Origin: Flaccisagitta enflata
Lineage: Eukaryota
Length of the DNA stretch: 64,000 bases
Reading direction: 5' to 3'
NCBI GenBank assembly: GCA_965153355.1
Contig: OZ231126.1
Span: forward strand, 1,550,001 to 1,614,000
The notes under the pieces are model-generated. The model was not told the DNA's origin and did no database searches. It was given only the letters and a program-made list of their open reading frames with translations. Shown here piece by piece: positions 1 to 12,958 of this stretch. How positions within the stretch are numbered: position 1 is the first letter of the stretch; each line of letters starts with the position of its first letter. A program made the position numbers and the translations under genes.

Positions 1-62
1 GCTTTGGCATTGGCATTGGCATTGGCATTGGCATTGGCATTGGCATTGGCATTGGCATTGGC
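1..62. repeat. (TTGGCA)n hexamer microsatellite
   Basis: About 10 tandem ttggca units at the window start. Confidence 0.95.
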
Positions 63-91
63 GTAATTGTTGGTGATTCGCTCCTTTGAAT

Positions 92-357
92 TTAGGTCTT
101 TAAAGACATAAGAATTGGAAATTGGTCGGACAAATTGTCCCCTTCCTCAATGACTCTATGGTCTGAAAGCCTGTCTCTATTGCAAAGAGAGGCACTTACA
201 ATAAAGGGGTCACTCCATTTCTTTTGATCAAGAGAATTGTGATTATACGTAATTGTTGAGTCTGGGAAGTACTCATCGCAAGATGATAAATGGTATTTAC
301 TTGAGAACTCATCCCAAAGCGGGTCAAAAGGCAATTCTCCCTTCATTTTGGTGTGGA
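92..357 (-). pseudogene. LINE AP-endonuclease C-terminal fragment
   Basis: MKGELPFDPLWDEF...TITYNHNSLDQKKWSDPFIVSASL...EGDNLSDQFPILMSL resembles the TY..(I)D(H)F(I)VS..SDH.P end of APE domains. Confidence 0.75.
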
Positions 358-709
358 AATATAGTTTGGCGATCTAGCTATTAGATAACGGTTCAATTAG
401 GTTCAATTAATTAATTAATAATCGCGAATATAGGTTCGGTTTGGATACTGCTATAACCGACTTTCCGATGCGGTTATTATCGATTTTTTTTTCTTCACAA
501 ACTGACTTCTTTTTTGCATGAGGTAAAATTGTTCGTGTTGATCATCCAAGAATAGCAATAATGTTTGAAGGAAAAAAATGATGCATTATTTTCATTTTAG
601 TCTCTCATTTATATTTAATTCATTTCTGCATATAATTTTTTTTCATATATATTTTTTTTAGAAAGAATAAGAAAAAAATCACAAAATATGATGGATGCAT
701 ATGTCAAAA

Positions 710-716
710 GAAAGAA

Positions 717-813
<97 letters not shown>

Positions 814-900
814 CACAGAGACATACAGACAGACCGAGACAGATAGACATACAGACAGACCAAGACAGATAGACACACAGACAGATAGACAGACAGATAG
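710..900. repeat. (GA)n plus (GACA)n compound microsatellite
   Basis: Direct reading. Similar GA/TC tracts at about 4190-4320, 8395-8550, 24247-24336, 29500-29562, 30250-30290, 31249-31358, 34040-34160 and 34942-35048. Confidence 0.95.
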
Positions 901-1083
901 AATGATGAATAGATCGACATAGAGAAAAGCAAAGTTCACAGGCGACTTTTTGGTAGGAGGAGGAAGAGGAGGAAGTGGAACAGGAAGAGGAAGAGAAGAA
1001 CGGTCTGTAGCCATAACCGATCGTAACCGCATCAATGAGTAGCAATCGATAATCCGGGTGACAGCTATTTACTAATCGTCACA

Positions 1084-1585
1084 AATGGTATTTACTTGAG
1101 AACTCATCCCAGGCGATTCTCCCTTCATTTCGGTGTTGAAATCACCACCAATGATAATTTGATGATGAGGATGGTGTCCAATGATGTTATCCAACATTGC
1201 AATTGCATCTATTGTTTCTGTTAAGCATTCTGCACGTTGAGCTGCATTTCAAAAAGGTATGTAGATGCAAATCAGTATGAATTTTTCTTCACCAGAATCG
1301 AGCTCGACTCCAACTTTCCTCTTATGACAAAAATTCGAGATAGGGGAAATGATATGGTTGTAGCATTGAGACCAGGGTATAAGCCACTACATATCTTATC
1401 CTCCATGCCCAATGTGGCACAGAAATGCGTCCCGAGTTGATGCAGAAGTGGTAACTGCCGTTCAGAAAGCCACAGCTCCTGCCCAATCCATACACCTTGG
1501 TGTTTTTCCAAGCAGGATTTGTGATAGGCGCCGGTTTTTTAAATCCATGTAAGTTTTGAGAGCCAATATTCGAGTAAGAATCAGC
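1084..1585 (-). pseudogene. LINE AP-endonuclease N-terminal fragment
   Basis: S.N.HG, QE.WL and GGDFN motifs in correct order across frameshifts. Confidence 0.8.
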
Positions 1586-2044
1586 GAAGATAAGAAGAGA
1601 ACAGAATAAGAAGATGAGTAGTGAAATCGATTCTACTGCGTGGCCCTTAATTCCACTGCCCGGCGTTGCTTGGCATCGCCCGGCGTCGTTTGGCGTCATC
1701 TGGTGCGATCCGGCGTCGTTTGGCGTCACCCGGCGTCGCCATTGTTTTTTCACTGCGCTTTTTTCGATCAAAATCCCAGTCTTTTATTCGATCCTTGGCT
1801 CTGTTTGCATGTTCTCTTGCAACACGGACCTTAGCTGTTTTTGTCCCTGGAATGTTTGTTTGCAGCATCCAGACATCTTTGACTTCAATGCCTGTTTCTT
1901 GCAAATGTCGTCGGACCTCATCTGCAGTTGTTTTTTCTTCTAACCAATAAACCGCGAACTGCCAGTAATCCTGTGATTGTTGGGGGACTCCTTTTAGACC
2001 ACCAGATTCACTCGTTCCTTTGATGGCCGGTCGTGGTCGTTTTT

Positions 2045-2617
2045 GGGGCCAATGTCCTGTAGGACACAGGGGTGAATTTCCTTACGTCTGTCCGTCCATA
2101 CGTCCATCCGTCTGTGCGACCGTACGTCCGTCCGTCTGTCCATACGTCCCCCCCCCCAAGTTTCTCATTTCTCAAATTCCCATTGAATAACATGGGAAAA
2201 TGAAAAAATGCAAACATCCCATTGAATAACATGTAAAATATACAAAAATTAGAAAAATATAAACTTCCTATCGAATAACATGGAAAATTGATGAAAAATA
2301 AAAAGAAAAGCAAGATTCCTATTGAATAACATGGAATATTGATTAAAAAAATGAAAAAAAGATGAAATTCTCATTGAATAACATGGATTATAGATAAAAA
2401 ATGTAAGACTCCCATTGAATATCATGGAAAATTGTCCAAAAGGCCTGAAATTTGCCTTCTCAGGAATCTCAGGATGTAAGGAAATTCACCCCTGTGTCTT
2501 ACAGGACATCGGTCCTTTGGGGCTGCTGCCCTGCTCTCACTCAACTTCTTCAGCTGATCACTCCAAGCAGGGCATCGGGTACCGCTGACCATGTGCAATC
2601 CTTGGATGACTTGTTTC
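2045..2617 (+). mobile_element. Short non-autonomous element, family A (Helentron/HINE-like), with internal ccattgaataacatg repeats
   Basis: tgtcctgtaggacacaggggtgaatttccttac is inverted at about 2476-2507; gggcatcgggtaccgctgaccat tail; GTCC microsatellite; interrupts the LINE ORF1. Confidence 0.7.
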
Positions 2618-3608
2618 TTTTGTTGTTTGGATCCTGCCACTCTCTCTCGTCGTTACCGAGTTGGGCAGCCGTAGCCGCGAAAGAAGGTGGATCACCGAGT
2701 GGATCACTGGTTGAAATATGTTGCAAGTGGGAAGGAGACAATGCAGGCGGTGATAACCCACTTGGGGAAGATGACGACGACGACGACGATGCTGACGACG
2801 ACGACACCTCCTTGACCTTGCCCACCGCAGATGGGGAAGATGACGACGACGACGCCGATGATGATGACGACGACGACGTTGATGATGACGACGATGACGC
2901 CAATGACAACGCTGATGACGACATTGATGATGATGACGACGACGTCAATGACAACGCTGATGACGACGTTGATGATGACGACAATGACGCCTCCTTGTCC
3001 GCCTCAGATGAGGAAGATGATGTCGACGACGACGACAATGACAATGACGACGACAATGACGACGACGATGACGACGCCGCCGCCTTGTCTAAAGCCGTTT
3101 TGACTGATACGGCGTCATCTGACGCCGTTTTTTTCCGACGCCGCCGATTCTAACGATTTGACCGGCGCTGATTTCAATGTCACTTTGGACGCTGTTGTTG
3201 ACTCTTTATGCGTCCTTCTGTCACTGGGAGCAAAGGACACAGCCGCAGAATTAAGACGCGATCTCGGAAACCGCCGTGGAGATGGTACGTTTGTTAGAGT
3301 ATAGTTTTCCACCGTCCCCAATGGCGTCACAGGCAAAGACCGTTCAGAACAGAGTGAGTTATTCAAATCAACGTTTTCCGCTGTTGACGCCTCCACCCGC
3401 TTGTTGTTGTGGTTGTTGTTAACCGGGGGAGTCTACCCGGGCAAGATGAGCATGAATGCGGCATCTGATTTCCAGAGAGACTATGCCAGTAACGAAGAAA
3501 AGCTCGTTCGCATTGAGATGTTGAGAAATTGCGGCTGTCGTCAATGCTTTAGATGGCATCGCACGCAGTCTGCATCTAAGAAATTAATCAAATTTGGAAC
3601 CACAGAGA

Positions 3609-4318
<710 letters not shown>

Positions 4319-5047
4319 GAAGTCGGGAAATTTGCGGTGGAAATAGGGGAGTAATCAGTCATTCTCAGAACTCAGAAGCGCGAATATCGATTCTGTTATG
4401 ATGAATAACACTCCGACTTTATTTGCCTCCTACGTCTGTGTCTGTTTATCTTTGTTTTTGTCTGTCCGTTTTTCTACGCTTGTTTGTCTATCTTCCTGAT
4501 TGTTTGTCATTCTATCTGTGAAACTGTGACAATGTATCTTCCTATATCTCTACCTTTCTGTTTGGCTTTCCGTCCATATGTGTCACCATCTGTCTTGTCT
4601 GTCTGTCTGCTTGCCTGATCGTCCCCCTTTCTGAGTGTCATATCTTTCTCCCTTCGAATTTCCATCTTTCTGCTTGTCTGTCTGCCATTCCTCCTCAACC
4701 GGCTTTTCCACCATTCCACTTCAACAAGACTTCCACTTTATTGCAGTTTTCAGTTCTCACTCTTTCTTACTTCACTCTTTTCCATTCATTTATCCTCCCC
4801 TATATTTCTCCCCTCTCCACCTATGCTCGGAGCAAACACTTCAATCTTCCCCTCTTTCCCTCTTCAGAGTTCTCTTTTCTACCAATCTCACCTAGCCCAT
4901 CATCACCCAATTCTATTCAATTCTTCATTCCTCTCTGTTTTCTAAAATTTTACTTTCCCTTACAGTCCAATCAAGAGCCTCCCGCCTCCCCCCACCTTGC
5001 CTTCCGCCAAAACTGTGGTATGAAAATATCATTCAGAGCTAAATACC

Positions 5048-5405
5048 CACAGTCCATCAAATCCCACCCTGCTGAAAAAAAAACACCTAACGCCACTTTA
5101 TCCCACAATTCCCACCTACACATTCCATCAAATACCACCATGATGGGAAAAACACCTAACGCCGCTTTCCCACTCCGCCCACCCACGCTGTCCGTCAAAT
5201 CCCACCCTAATGGGAAAAAATACCGAATGCCACTTTATCCCGCTCCACCCACCTAAGCAGTCCATCAAATCCCACCCTGATGAAATAAAAAACACCTAAC
5301 GCCACTTTATCCCACTCCACCCACCTACACAGTCCATCAAATCCCACCCTGATGGGAAAAAAACCCTGAGGCCACTTTATCCCACTCCACCCACCTACAC
5401 AGTCT
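5048..5405. repeat. ~70-bp minisatellite, about 5 copies
   Basis: ccatcaaatcccaccc...aacacctaacgccactttatccc recurs at about 5054, 5125, 5192, 5262 and 5334. Confidence 0.9.
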
Positions 5406-5772
5406 TCACGGTATGAATGTATCACTCCAAGCGAAAGACCCTATATTCACTCCAACCACCCTAATCACTCCAGCCATCCAACCCCCGCCCGCCAATTGCC
5501 CCTCTCCTTCACACCCCCCCCCCCCGTTTTCCTCCCATCTCTCCCGTCGCAGATGATGATGAATTTGTCGCGTCAAAGTCGATTTCAAATCTCGACTCCA
5601 TCTAAAAAGCAATTCAATTAAGAACTCTCAACATTAAAGAATTAAGAACTCTCAACTCCCAAATATTGCGTGACAACATTTTAAATTTCTTTAATTTTTT
5701 TAAGATTCTTATTTTCTCATTGATGTGTTCACACTAAATTCTGTGATCGTCGGGTAATAAGAAAAGGAAAAA

Positions 5773-5972
5773 AAGGCCGGATACTCGGCTACCCAAGTCG
5801 GTTGCGGGTGGGCAAGGGTCGCATTTGAGGTCATTAGTGCATTTGGGCAAGAACAGTAAGGCAAAAGATCGCAAAAAAAAGTTAAAAAAGTAAAACGCGT
5901 ACCCTCTGACCGACTGACCAACTGACTGACGGACCGACAAATCGGGGTGTAGAGCCGCGTAGCACGCGACTT
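5773..5972 (-). mobile_element. Family B short element (DINE-1/HINE-like)
   Basis: Reverse complement reads agtcgcgtgctacgcggctctacacccc..(gtcg/gtcc)n..cccacccgcaaccgact..gccgagtatccggcc. Confidence 0.75.
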
Positions 5973-7134
5973 AAGCTTTGATGCAGTACTACAGTAGGTA
6001 CAATTGTGTATTGATACAAGAAATAATTTCGATTCACCCGGGCATGTTTGTGAAGCTTACGCGGCATGAAACAATATCCTTTGAGAGGTCATTTAATTGA
6101 TTTTTTTGACCTTCAGTGATTGTAGGTTCGGAAAAATTCGAAATAAAGTATTCATTTTCAAGATTTATTAAAACCTTTTCAAATCCAAGCGGGAGAGCTT
6201 AGACAGATTGGGTCTCTCTACGGCGCTAGATTCTGGCAGGATATCAATCAGAATGGGAATGGGATTATGATGTCATAGCCACCCTGAATCGAGTGCGAAT
6301 TACAATCAATTTTTCGTTTGGAAGCGGAATTTTCGTTTATGAAAAATCCCATGTTACAGCATCTACTTATCGAGATTTGAGAGAATGGAAATTAAAATAA
6401 ATCTTTTTTCTTTTTAACTTTTTTTTTTTCATTTTATGAAGGTTTCTTATGAATAAACGATTCTATGAATGAACAAACTAATGAATGATTGAATGAATGA
6501 ACTGATGAATGAACTGATGAATGAGCAAATGAATGGACGAATGAATGAATGAATGAATAAATGAATGAATAAATGGATGAATAAATGAATAAATGAATGA
6601 ATGAAAGAATGGTCAAATGTACGAAAGAGCTTAAAGGTTGACTGCTTTTCTGTTGACAGAACCTCAGATTTTGGGAGTTGGATGTTTGAGTGACTTACCG
6701 ACCAAGCAACCAACAAACGGACATGTCTCATTGAGGATCAAGGATGTATCTAAAGATGTTTGCAAATAAGTGACAAAAGGACTGACGAAACATATTAAAT
6801 CACCACCAAAGAAGGGACTGGCTGCGCTATAGAAAAGAATGACGTAGCAGCTTAAAACTCAATGAAGAAATGAGCGATATGCCCGTTCATGAGATCATAA
6901 ACGAAAATTCTGGAGAAAAGGTTAAAATCGATCGTAGATCATTGTAATTCCAAATATAAAAAGAATAAAATCAGGGTGTAGCAATCATGAATGATGAATG
7001 AGGAATTATGAGAACAATTATGTGATTTATTTACCTTTCTCGATATCTCTTGCCCTGTCTTTTCCCTTACAGTGATCAACTGATTATACGACTGTTTATC
7101 AGTATGTTTTTTGTGATGCCTGCATCTTAAGTTT

Positions 7135-7800
7135 TTGGAAATGATTAAGCAGTCGCTCAAGGGCAACATGTGGTCAGTGGTACCCTATGGCCTATGCATG
7201 AATTTGAATATGTGCGAAAGAAAGCTTGGCAGCGGGCTCAAAGAGATAAGAACAAAGTCTATTAGGACGCACGGAGACTTACATTCATTCTGCCTAAGAG
7301 AGTTGATGAGACCCTAGCAGGTTGATTGATGGTGGCTTCTGCAAGGCTGATTCAAGGCCTGAGTGGACTGGTTTTAGGCCTGGCTCAGCTGATTTGAGGC
7401 GTACGTAATACGCCTAAGAGGGTTGAATTGAGGGCTTAAGGGGCTGATTTTAAGAGAGGGTTGATTTGAGGCTTGAGGCTTTTCGAGGGCTGATATAAGG
7501 CCTTAAAGGCTCAAAGGCCTTATAGCCCAAGAGGACTGATTTGAGACCTAAATGAGCTGGTATGGTGCTTGTGAAGGCTGATTTGAAGTCTAAGAGTGCA
7601 GATTTTATGGTTGAGAGGGCTGATTATGTGGGCGAACAAATGGACAAACAGACAAATTGACAAACGGACAAACGGACAAACGAACAAACATACACATTGA
7701 TAAACGGACAAATAGGCTAATGGATAAATGGACAAACAGTCAAACGGACTGTTAGCTGTTTTCGGATGGATTTCGTTGCATTTGGGACCGCTGCAAAAAA
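7135..7800 (-). mobile_element. Diverged family A element
   Basis: catgtggtcagtggtacccta tail, ggcagcgggctcaaag, ggctgatttgaggc repeats, (acaa/acgg)n and gggaccgctgcaaaaa end. Confidence 0.55.
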
Positions 7801-8393
7801 AAAAAGAGAAAAAAAACAACAACTTTGAATCCATGTGACCATCAAAATCTTTTAGAGACTTTAGAAGAAGTTATGATAAAATGAATGTTATGGAATCCAT
7901 TGGAGATAGTTTTGGCCGGTGGTTTCCATGGCATTCTGAGCCTCAACTTTTTTGGTAAACATAGCTCTTCCATGAGTTTTTAAGAAAACTATACATAGAA
8001 AAGTTTGCCGAAAAAAATGAAGAAAAAGAGCGCAAAAAGAGCTTTCCGAGGAAACCGTCAACAATTATTTTCTGCCTTTTCTTCTGCTTCAAAATTTAAA
8101 AAACGCTTGACCTAAAAAATTGTAGAAGTATAGGGTAGCACCCAAATCCTAAGCTCTTGCAGTGAGACGAGTTTTTGCTGATGAAAGTATAAATCAAAAT
8201 CGAGGGGAAGATGTAAACATGGTCAGAAAGGCCAACAGCTGCACCGACATGATCATAAAACGTTTGCGTAACAGACGCACCAACCACCGGATGAAAGGGC
8301 CCGTGCTTTGAGGTTCTCTGGCGCATCTGAAAAGCTGAGGGAAAACTTGCGGAAAAAAAAGAGTCCTTCCCTCATGAACTTCGAAGAGCTTTC

Positions 8394-8542
<149 letters not shown>

Positions 8543-9228
8543 CAGAGAGACTCATTCCCCCATACGGCCACATACACACACATATGGCCAAACGGCCACA
8601 CACATAGACAAACACGCGCACAAACGGACACACAGATACACACGGATACACACGGACATACACGAACACACACGGATACATATAGGCGGGCATGCCTTGC
8701 ACTCCTTAAACTAATTTCGTCATCTGGCAGATTGTACAAAATTTATAGTTAATCAATTAAGTAATCAATCATCAATCACCGCATCGATCTGATTCGATCG
8801 GCGCGGCGATCCCTCGATTTTAGTTGTCATCAAAATTGGATTTGTCAATTATTCTTTGTGCCTATTGTCCAGTCACGACTCACGGGTGTGTCCAGTCGCG
8901 GGTGGGAAGTGTAGAAAGAGCAACGCGATGAACAACATTCACGCAAAATTGAACAAGTGTTGGTCAGAAATTGAACCAGTGATCTTGTTGATCACTTTGA
9001 TGACAAGGTGGCGCGTAGTTAGGTAATTTTGTATCCTTAAAGAGAGTGAACAAGCTCATGATTAAAGCTCATATGTCTGTCAAATGAAAAGGAGCCAAAG
9101 TGAATGCAAAGACAGTAGCGACAGGAAAATTAATATACAACTTGCTCTACCGTCACAATTTGTTTCATATGGAGCAAAATGGTTTTCAAACACAAAAAAA
9201 CATAAGCCAAAACAAATGAGTAATAGTC

Positions 9229-9499
9229 AAACAAGTGAGGCGGGGTCACAGTATTGTTGCGGACGGGTGGGCAGGGGTATCCAACCCCCATCCACACCCC
9301 ATGCCCCCCCCCATCAACACAACTACTCAAAAAACATCTATCAAGATTAATGCAACCCGATATATTTCGCGCATCCCGCGCTTTTTCGAGGGTTTTCATC
9401 TAAAATACTCATTTTTCCACATTTGGGCTTGTGCGTTACGGACCGACGGACGGATGGACAGACAAAGCCTCTTATAGAGTTGCGTGTCCGCAACTAAAA
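9229..9499 (-). mobile_element. Family B variant element
   Basis: acaagtgaggcggggtcacagtattgttgcggacgggtgggcagggg ... cttatagagttgcgtgtccgcaactaaaa; related copies at 23250-23491 and 41386-41455. Confidence 0.7.
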
Positions 9500-9811
9500 A
9501 TGAAAATGCAGGTCAATGAAATGGATGGACAGACTCCTCTCTCTCACTCCACACCGCATCACTTGCTTACTCCGTTAATGGGCTCACTCACTCTGTTATT
9601 TCACTCCACTCTCTCATCCCACACCGCTTTGCTTGCTCACTCTGTTGATGGGCTCACTCATTCTGATCGTTCACTTCAGTCTCTCACTCCACACCGCTTC
9701 GCTTACTTACTCTGTTGGTAGGCTTGCTCACTCTGTTCACTCTTATTTTGGGTTGGTTGAAATTCATATGAACTTATGTAAATGCTGTAATGGGATTAGT
9801 GGGAACGATCG

Positions 9812-10900
9812 TGATTGCTGTCAATAGTGGAAACATGCTCTTATGACTGTCATCAATGGGAACTTGCCCTTGCAAGCCAGATGCACTCGCGAGGCCGTCA
9901 TCAGTGTAAACATGCCCTTATGACTGTCATCAATGGGAACTTGCCCTTGCAAGCCAGATGCACTCGCGAGGCCGTCATCAGTGTAAACATGCCCTTATGA
10001 CTGTCATCAATGGGAACTTGCCCTTGCAAGCCAGATGCACTCGCGAGGCCGTCATCAGTGTAAACATGCCCTTATGACTGTCATCAATGGGAACTTGCCC
10101 TTGCAAGCCAGATGCACTCGCGAGGCCGTCATCAGTTTAAACATGTCCTCTAGATTGTTGTCATCAGTAGAAAAATGCCTTAACAATTATTGTCATAAGT
10201 GGGAACTTGCCCTTGCAAGCCAGAGGCACTCACGAGGCCTTCATCAATGGAAACACGCTCTTTAGATTGTTGCCATCAGTGGAAAAATGCCTTAACAATT
10301 ATTGTCATAAGTGGGAACTTGCCCTTGCAAGCCAGAGGCACTCACGAGGCCTTCATCAATGGAAACACGCTCTTTAGATTGTTGCCATCAGTGGAAAAAT
10401 GCCTTTATAACTGTCATCAATGGGAACTTGCCCTTACAAGCCAGATGCACTCACAAGGCCTTCATCTATGGAAACACACCCTTTAGATTGTTGTCATCAG
10501 TGGAAAAATGCCCAAATGACTGTCATCAATGGGAACTTGCCCTTGCAAGCCAGACGCACTCACGAGGCCTTCATCAATGGAAACACGCTCTTTAGATTGT
10601 TGTCATCAGTGGAAAAATTCCCTTATGACTGCCATCACTGGGAACTTGCCCTTGCAAGCCAGACGCACTCACGAGGCCGTCATCAGTGTAAACATGCCCT
10701 TTAGATTGTTGTCAGCAGTGGAAAAATGCTTTTACGACTATTGTCATAAGTGGGAACTTGCCCTTTCAAGCCAGACGCACTCACGAGGCCGTGATCAGTG
10801 TAAACATGTCCTTAAGATTGTTTTCATCAGTAGGAATATGCCTTTACGATTATCATCATTAGTGGGATCACACCCTTACACGTACTCACGAGGCCGTCGA
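9812..10900. repeat. Tandem array: about 4 near-identical 77-bp units followed by about 6-7 units of 109-112 bp
   Basis: atgactgtcatcaatggg at 9843, 9920, 9997 and 10074; longer units downstream share gggaacttgcccttgcaagccaga. Confidence 0.95.
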
Positions 10901-11049
10901 TTCGGTGAATATATTGACCCTCATATAACTACACATTGCCGGACATAAGTCACGCCTGGTAGCATATCTCTACAAATCGGGTTAAGTTACGACGAAGAAC
11001 AGTAAAAAAAAAGATATAAGGGACAAAAAAAAAGAAACAAAAAGAAACA

Positions 11050-11142
11050 AAAGCAAAAAGCAAAAAGCAAAAAGCAAAAAGCAAAAAGCAAAAAGCAAAA
11101 AGCAAAAAGCAAAAAGCAAAAAGCAAAAAGCAAAAAGCAAAA
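11050..11142. repeat. (AAAAAGC)n heptamer repeat just upstream of the XK-related ATG
   Basis: About 13 tandem units. Confidence 0.95.
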
Positions 11143-11217
11143 ACAACAACAAAAAACGAACGACAACGAAAAACGAACAAAAAACAAACAAAATAACCTA
11201 TCAAATCGCTTCCCACG

Positions 11218-11633
11218 ATGGCGTTTGGAACGTTGATGGCCATTTTGACATTCTGTGCCGGTGCCGCTTTCACGTTGGTCGACATCGGCACCGACATCTC
11301 ACTTGCTCATGAGTACTGGAATAGCAGCAGAATTGTCCAGGGCTGGCCGTATGAAACATCAAACGGCCTCAGTTCTGACGAGAACTCTGGCTTTGCCATT
11401 GTAACAACGGTTTGGATCTTACTCGGCGGTTTGACCCAATTCCTTCTGGTCGCGTATTTCCTTTGTCGCGGCGACGCTCGTCTGACTTGGCTACCAAAGT
11501 CCATTCGAGTTCTTCTTCTTATCTGCTCGCTAATTTTGCTTGGACCTGTCATTGTCAATATATACGGCGCCATTTTTGTCATTTGCAACGACAACGACAA
11601 CGACACAATTAGAACACAGGACGACATTGCAAG
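11218..11633 (+). CDS. XK-related protein, coding exon 1
   Basis: MAFGTL..FTLVDIGTDISLAHEYW matches the XK-family first TM motif (D..TD...A..Y); further hydrophobic helices; donor AG|gt at 11633/11634 (phase 2) matches the downstream acceptor. Confidence 0.85.
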
Positions 11634-12958
11634 GTTTTTATACAAATTTTCTTTTTTTCGCAGACTAGTTAGCCTTTTTGTGATAGGTTGGTGAATGGTG
11701 TTGCTGCCTCGCAACAGTGACGAGTGACACTCTCACAGTATATTCTAAGGCAATAATAATTCTCGATGATGAAGCCATATGTCCAATAATTGAGAATATC
11801 CACATCACAAGGCACTAAAACTTAGATAATCACTTTTGATTCGAAATATGACAATGATAAGAGAAAAAGATCCTACAGAAAACATATCTCATACAAGAGT
11901 CTGTTTCTAAAGTAGCTTAGAGTGAAAAGAAAATCCGTAGCAAACAGCTTAGGAATTATTATTTGTTGGAAAAAAATATAAATGGAACCAGCGAAAAGGA
12001 AATGCGCCAGGGCTCAAGTTTTCGGCAACTAATCAAGAAAAGAACTACAGTGTTGATACGGACTTTGCTAAGGTATCTTTCCCGTGAACTCCGGTGGGTA
12101 AGGAGTGACTTTAACTGAAGCGTTTTTTTCAACAACTTGCGCTCATGGAATCAATTCCCCTACAATCATGCTCAACTTGCTGAATATAATGGCCCATGAT
12201 CACACGAACTAAGATAGGTAGAAAACGTTGTGGTAACAATGTCTTATTGGGCGTTAAACTAATTTTTATCACTACCTTTTCGTTTAGTTACCTAAAAAAT
12301 TTTTTGGAGCATTGATTATGCTCAGAATACTTATCCATTCAACATAAAATGAAAAAAAGATTTTTGAAATTTCCGACCCAAAAAATCTCTGATGATATCT
12401 TAACTGATTTTAAAGAGCCAACGAATCATTTGGTTACGGACAGCTTGTTGCGTTGGGCTAATCTTAATTTGCCGAAGAAACTACAGAACAACCCCAGTCT
12501 AACAGAACCGCCACTAACGGAATTTCGCCTTTAAAGGAAACAAATCCATAGAGCTTCAACTTCTTTCTTTTTTGCCACGCAACTCTCCATCCCGCTTTAT
12601 CCATTCGTCCGTCCGTCTGTCAATCTGTTGGTCGGTCACATTCCACTTTTTTCTGTGTTTTTTGTTCTTTGACCTCGCTGCTCCTGCGCAAATGGTCTAG
12701 TGCCCTCAAATATGGCCCCTGCCCACCCGCACGCGACTGGGATTGCCGTGTATCCGGCCTTGTTTTTTCCTACTTTGGCTGTCAGACAACTTCACTCACA
12801 ACAGATTGAACTTGTTAGTCCCTTGAAACCGTGATTTTACTGTAAAGTCTACAATACCGTTTTCCCTGTGGACAAGTTCTTGTAACGAGGGCGTAAGTTC
12901 AAACTTTATTTGGTGGAACATCAAATCGATCCTCCACTTTATGTTAGTTTATCAGTAA

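Larger units (their letters stand above)
92..3600 (-). mobile_element. Degenerate non-LTR retrotransposon (LINE; ORF1 plus APE endonuclease of ORF2), fragmented by later insertions
   Basis: Minus-strand translation gives, in order: ORF1-like EREWQDPNNKRNK|KRPRPAIKGTSESGGLKGVP..FAVYWLEEKTTADEVRRHLQETGIEVKDVWML..TAKVRV (about 2640-1780, split by an insertion at about 2045-2612), then APE motifs IGSQNLHGF, GQELWL, IIIGGDFN (about 1570-1135) and ITYNH..W.D.FIVS..GDNLSD(Q)FPI (346-92). Frameshifts and stops are present; no RT domain is seen. ORF1 style suggests the CR1/L2 group, clade unresolved. Confidence 0.8.

Noticed and set aside
615..1045. SLSL/ERER ORFs here and at other GA, GT, CAA and GAA tracts
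   Set aside because: Microsatellite translation artefacts.
2452..3153. 233-aa Asp-rich ORF as a biomineralisation-type acidic protein
   Set aside because: It starts inside a short TE at a non-ATG codon and is the antisense of LINE ORF1 low-complexity sequence.
9812..10948. CRISPR-like array, or Cys/His-rich repeat proteins
   Set aside because: No unique spacers, no cas genes and a eukaryotic context; unit lengths are mostly not multiples of 3, so the ORFs shift frame.
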